This document shows positions 62,640-64,000 of a DNA stretch of 64,000 bases, piece after piece. Both the position numbers and the translations under genes were made by a program. Position 1 is the stretch's first letter, and each line of letters begins with the position of its first letter. Source of the DNA: Chlorokybus atmophyticus. Its lineage: Eukaryota; Plantae; Mesostigma and Chlorokybus algae. The notes under the pieces are model-generated. The model had not been told where the DNA came from. It ran no database searches and saw only the letters and a list, made by a program, of their open reading frames with translations. The stretch is taken from NCBI GenBank assembly GCA_009103225.1, contig RHPI01002699.1, positions 286,578-350,577 of the forward strand, read 5' to 3'.

Positions 62640-64000
62640 AGCGTGCGGAACATGCTGAGGTGTAGGTGGCCATGGCGCTGATGGGACAAACGCCAACATG
62701 ATAAACAATGCACGACAAGCTGTTGAGTCTTCTTGTTGGTCGTGCGTTTCATTTTCCTTTGTCGGATTCTTCTCTTGCAATGACCCCAGCACTAGCATTT
62801 TACACATGCATATGCGATCTACATACGTACGTGTTACGATAGCTCTAAAGTAAGGGGCTTGAATAACTATGAAACCTTAAAACTTAACATGTAAGCGCCT
62901 TTTGCTTACATGGCCTAATGGAAATGCTGGACCTAATAGTAAGTGATTAATTTAGCCATCAATTCTACAATCGACACACATGGCGTCGTGTTGGCCAGCT
63001 AACTTCAGACGTCTGCAAGCAGAGCCCGCACCTTACCAGCCACATCCACAGCCTCGGGGGGGAAGCGCGCGCGCGGGAAGAACTCCAGCAGCGCGTCTAT
63101 CAGATTGACCTCAGCCGGCACCTCTATTGAAAAACAAAATTGTCACGATTTGGGATAAATTGTGACAGACCTCGCTTATAGTAGTGTCTTTTACTACCAT
63201 AGCCTAGTGGTCGGGCCCCAATTGTTACAATGGTAACGGAGCTAAGCGTTTAAGCTTCAATTCTCGTAGGGGACTGAGGCAGATCCAAGGCGAAAACAAA
63301 AACATATGGGGCGGCTTGCCCTAGCCTGGGCGCGGGATTACGACCTACGCGCCGAGCCAGTTCAACCCAAGGCCGCGTCAGCGGTCGCGCTGCGATGGCA
63401 GGTCGCGCGGTGAGGATGGCCGTTCGGTCGATCGGTCAGGACCGTTCGTGGGCCAGATCCAACAGGCCGCGAGCAGACCGATCGTGGTACGGCCGCGAAC
63501 ACGGCGACGTGGGCTAGTGCCTCATTGGATTATGAGAAACTCATGGGTAAATTGGGAGGAATGTCACGATTTGGGATTTGGGATAAATTATGACAAACCT
63601 CACTCAGGGTAGTATCTTTTACTACCATAGCCTAGTGGTCGGGCCCCAATTGTTACAAGAACTCTCAGTCGGCACACACCTGCAATGTACATTGCATGTG
63701 GTGTGTCATGTTGCGGCGGTTTGGACACTAATGGCAAGCAATGCGCGTGACAAACAAGGATGGTGACATAAGTAACCATTTGCACTTACATTTTTCTGCA
63801 TTGCGCTTGCCATTATGATGGAGAAGCCGATAGCAGCTAGCTAAAGCAGGCTAGGGACGTGTGTATGCACGCGTAAGCTTGTGTATGCCCGCGGGTTTAA
63901 CACACGTGTGTCGTGCGTTCTTTCTCCTGCACCTGTCTAAAATGATATGTTCAGTTGTCATTTATACATGCACGCCTTGATACACGCTCGCATGCGTACA
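62640..64000 (-). pseudogene. Degenerate spliced gene of unknown family, copy B (interrupted by a TRIM; runs off the window)
   Basis: Shares blocks with copy A, e.g. AAGTGATT..TTAGCCATCAAT, CAGAGCCCGC..CAGCCACATCCACAGCCTCGGG, CACCTGCAATGT and CACCTGTCTA. Confidence 0.5.
63141..63657 (+). mobile_element. TRIM (terminal-repeat retrotransposon in miniature), 517 bp
   Basis: LTRs at 63141-63229 and 63562-63657 (TGTCAC..GTTACA). PBS TGGTAACGGAGC (63231-63242, iMet-like). PPT GGGAGGAA (63554-63561). Non-coding interior. Decayed TSD AAAAT/AGAAC. Confidence 0.85.

Overview
Intron-rich nuclear DNA of a green alga, probably an early-diverging streptophyte. Chlorokybus-like is inferred from plant-type host genes, a streptophyte-type nad5 and a trnS(GCU) group II intron site. 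Positions 1-45.4 kb hold 11 spliced loci in almost strictly alternating orientation: RAF2/PCD-like, two PH-ORD oxysterol-binding paralogs, DUF4336-like, a plastid-targeted actinobacterial-type TerB, ICME, a STIM-like EF-hand/SAM/FN3/TM/FYVE-like protein, an alpha/beta-hydrolase, EI24, a decaying bacterial-type six-hairpin glycosidase-like pseudogene, and an RCC1-sulfotransferase fusion. Positions 45.9-64 kb are a nested repeat island. A tandemly duplicated pseudogene pair is separated by AT-rich DNA, into which a 13.3-kb Ty3/Gypsy chromovirus inserted (526-bp near-identical LTRs, CACGC target-site duplication). The protease region of that element is interrupted by about 5.8 kb of mitochondrial DNA (trnK, trnQ, truncated nad5, the 3' end of a group II intron plus trnS exon 2) bounded by a 7-bp direct repeat. 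The element also carries a degenerate Dam-like methyltransferase segment between gag and protease. A 517-bp TRIM sits in the second pseudogene copy. Gene models and family calls were made by eye from translation and recalled family motifs; no database search was run.
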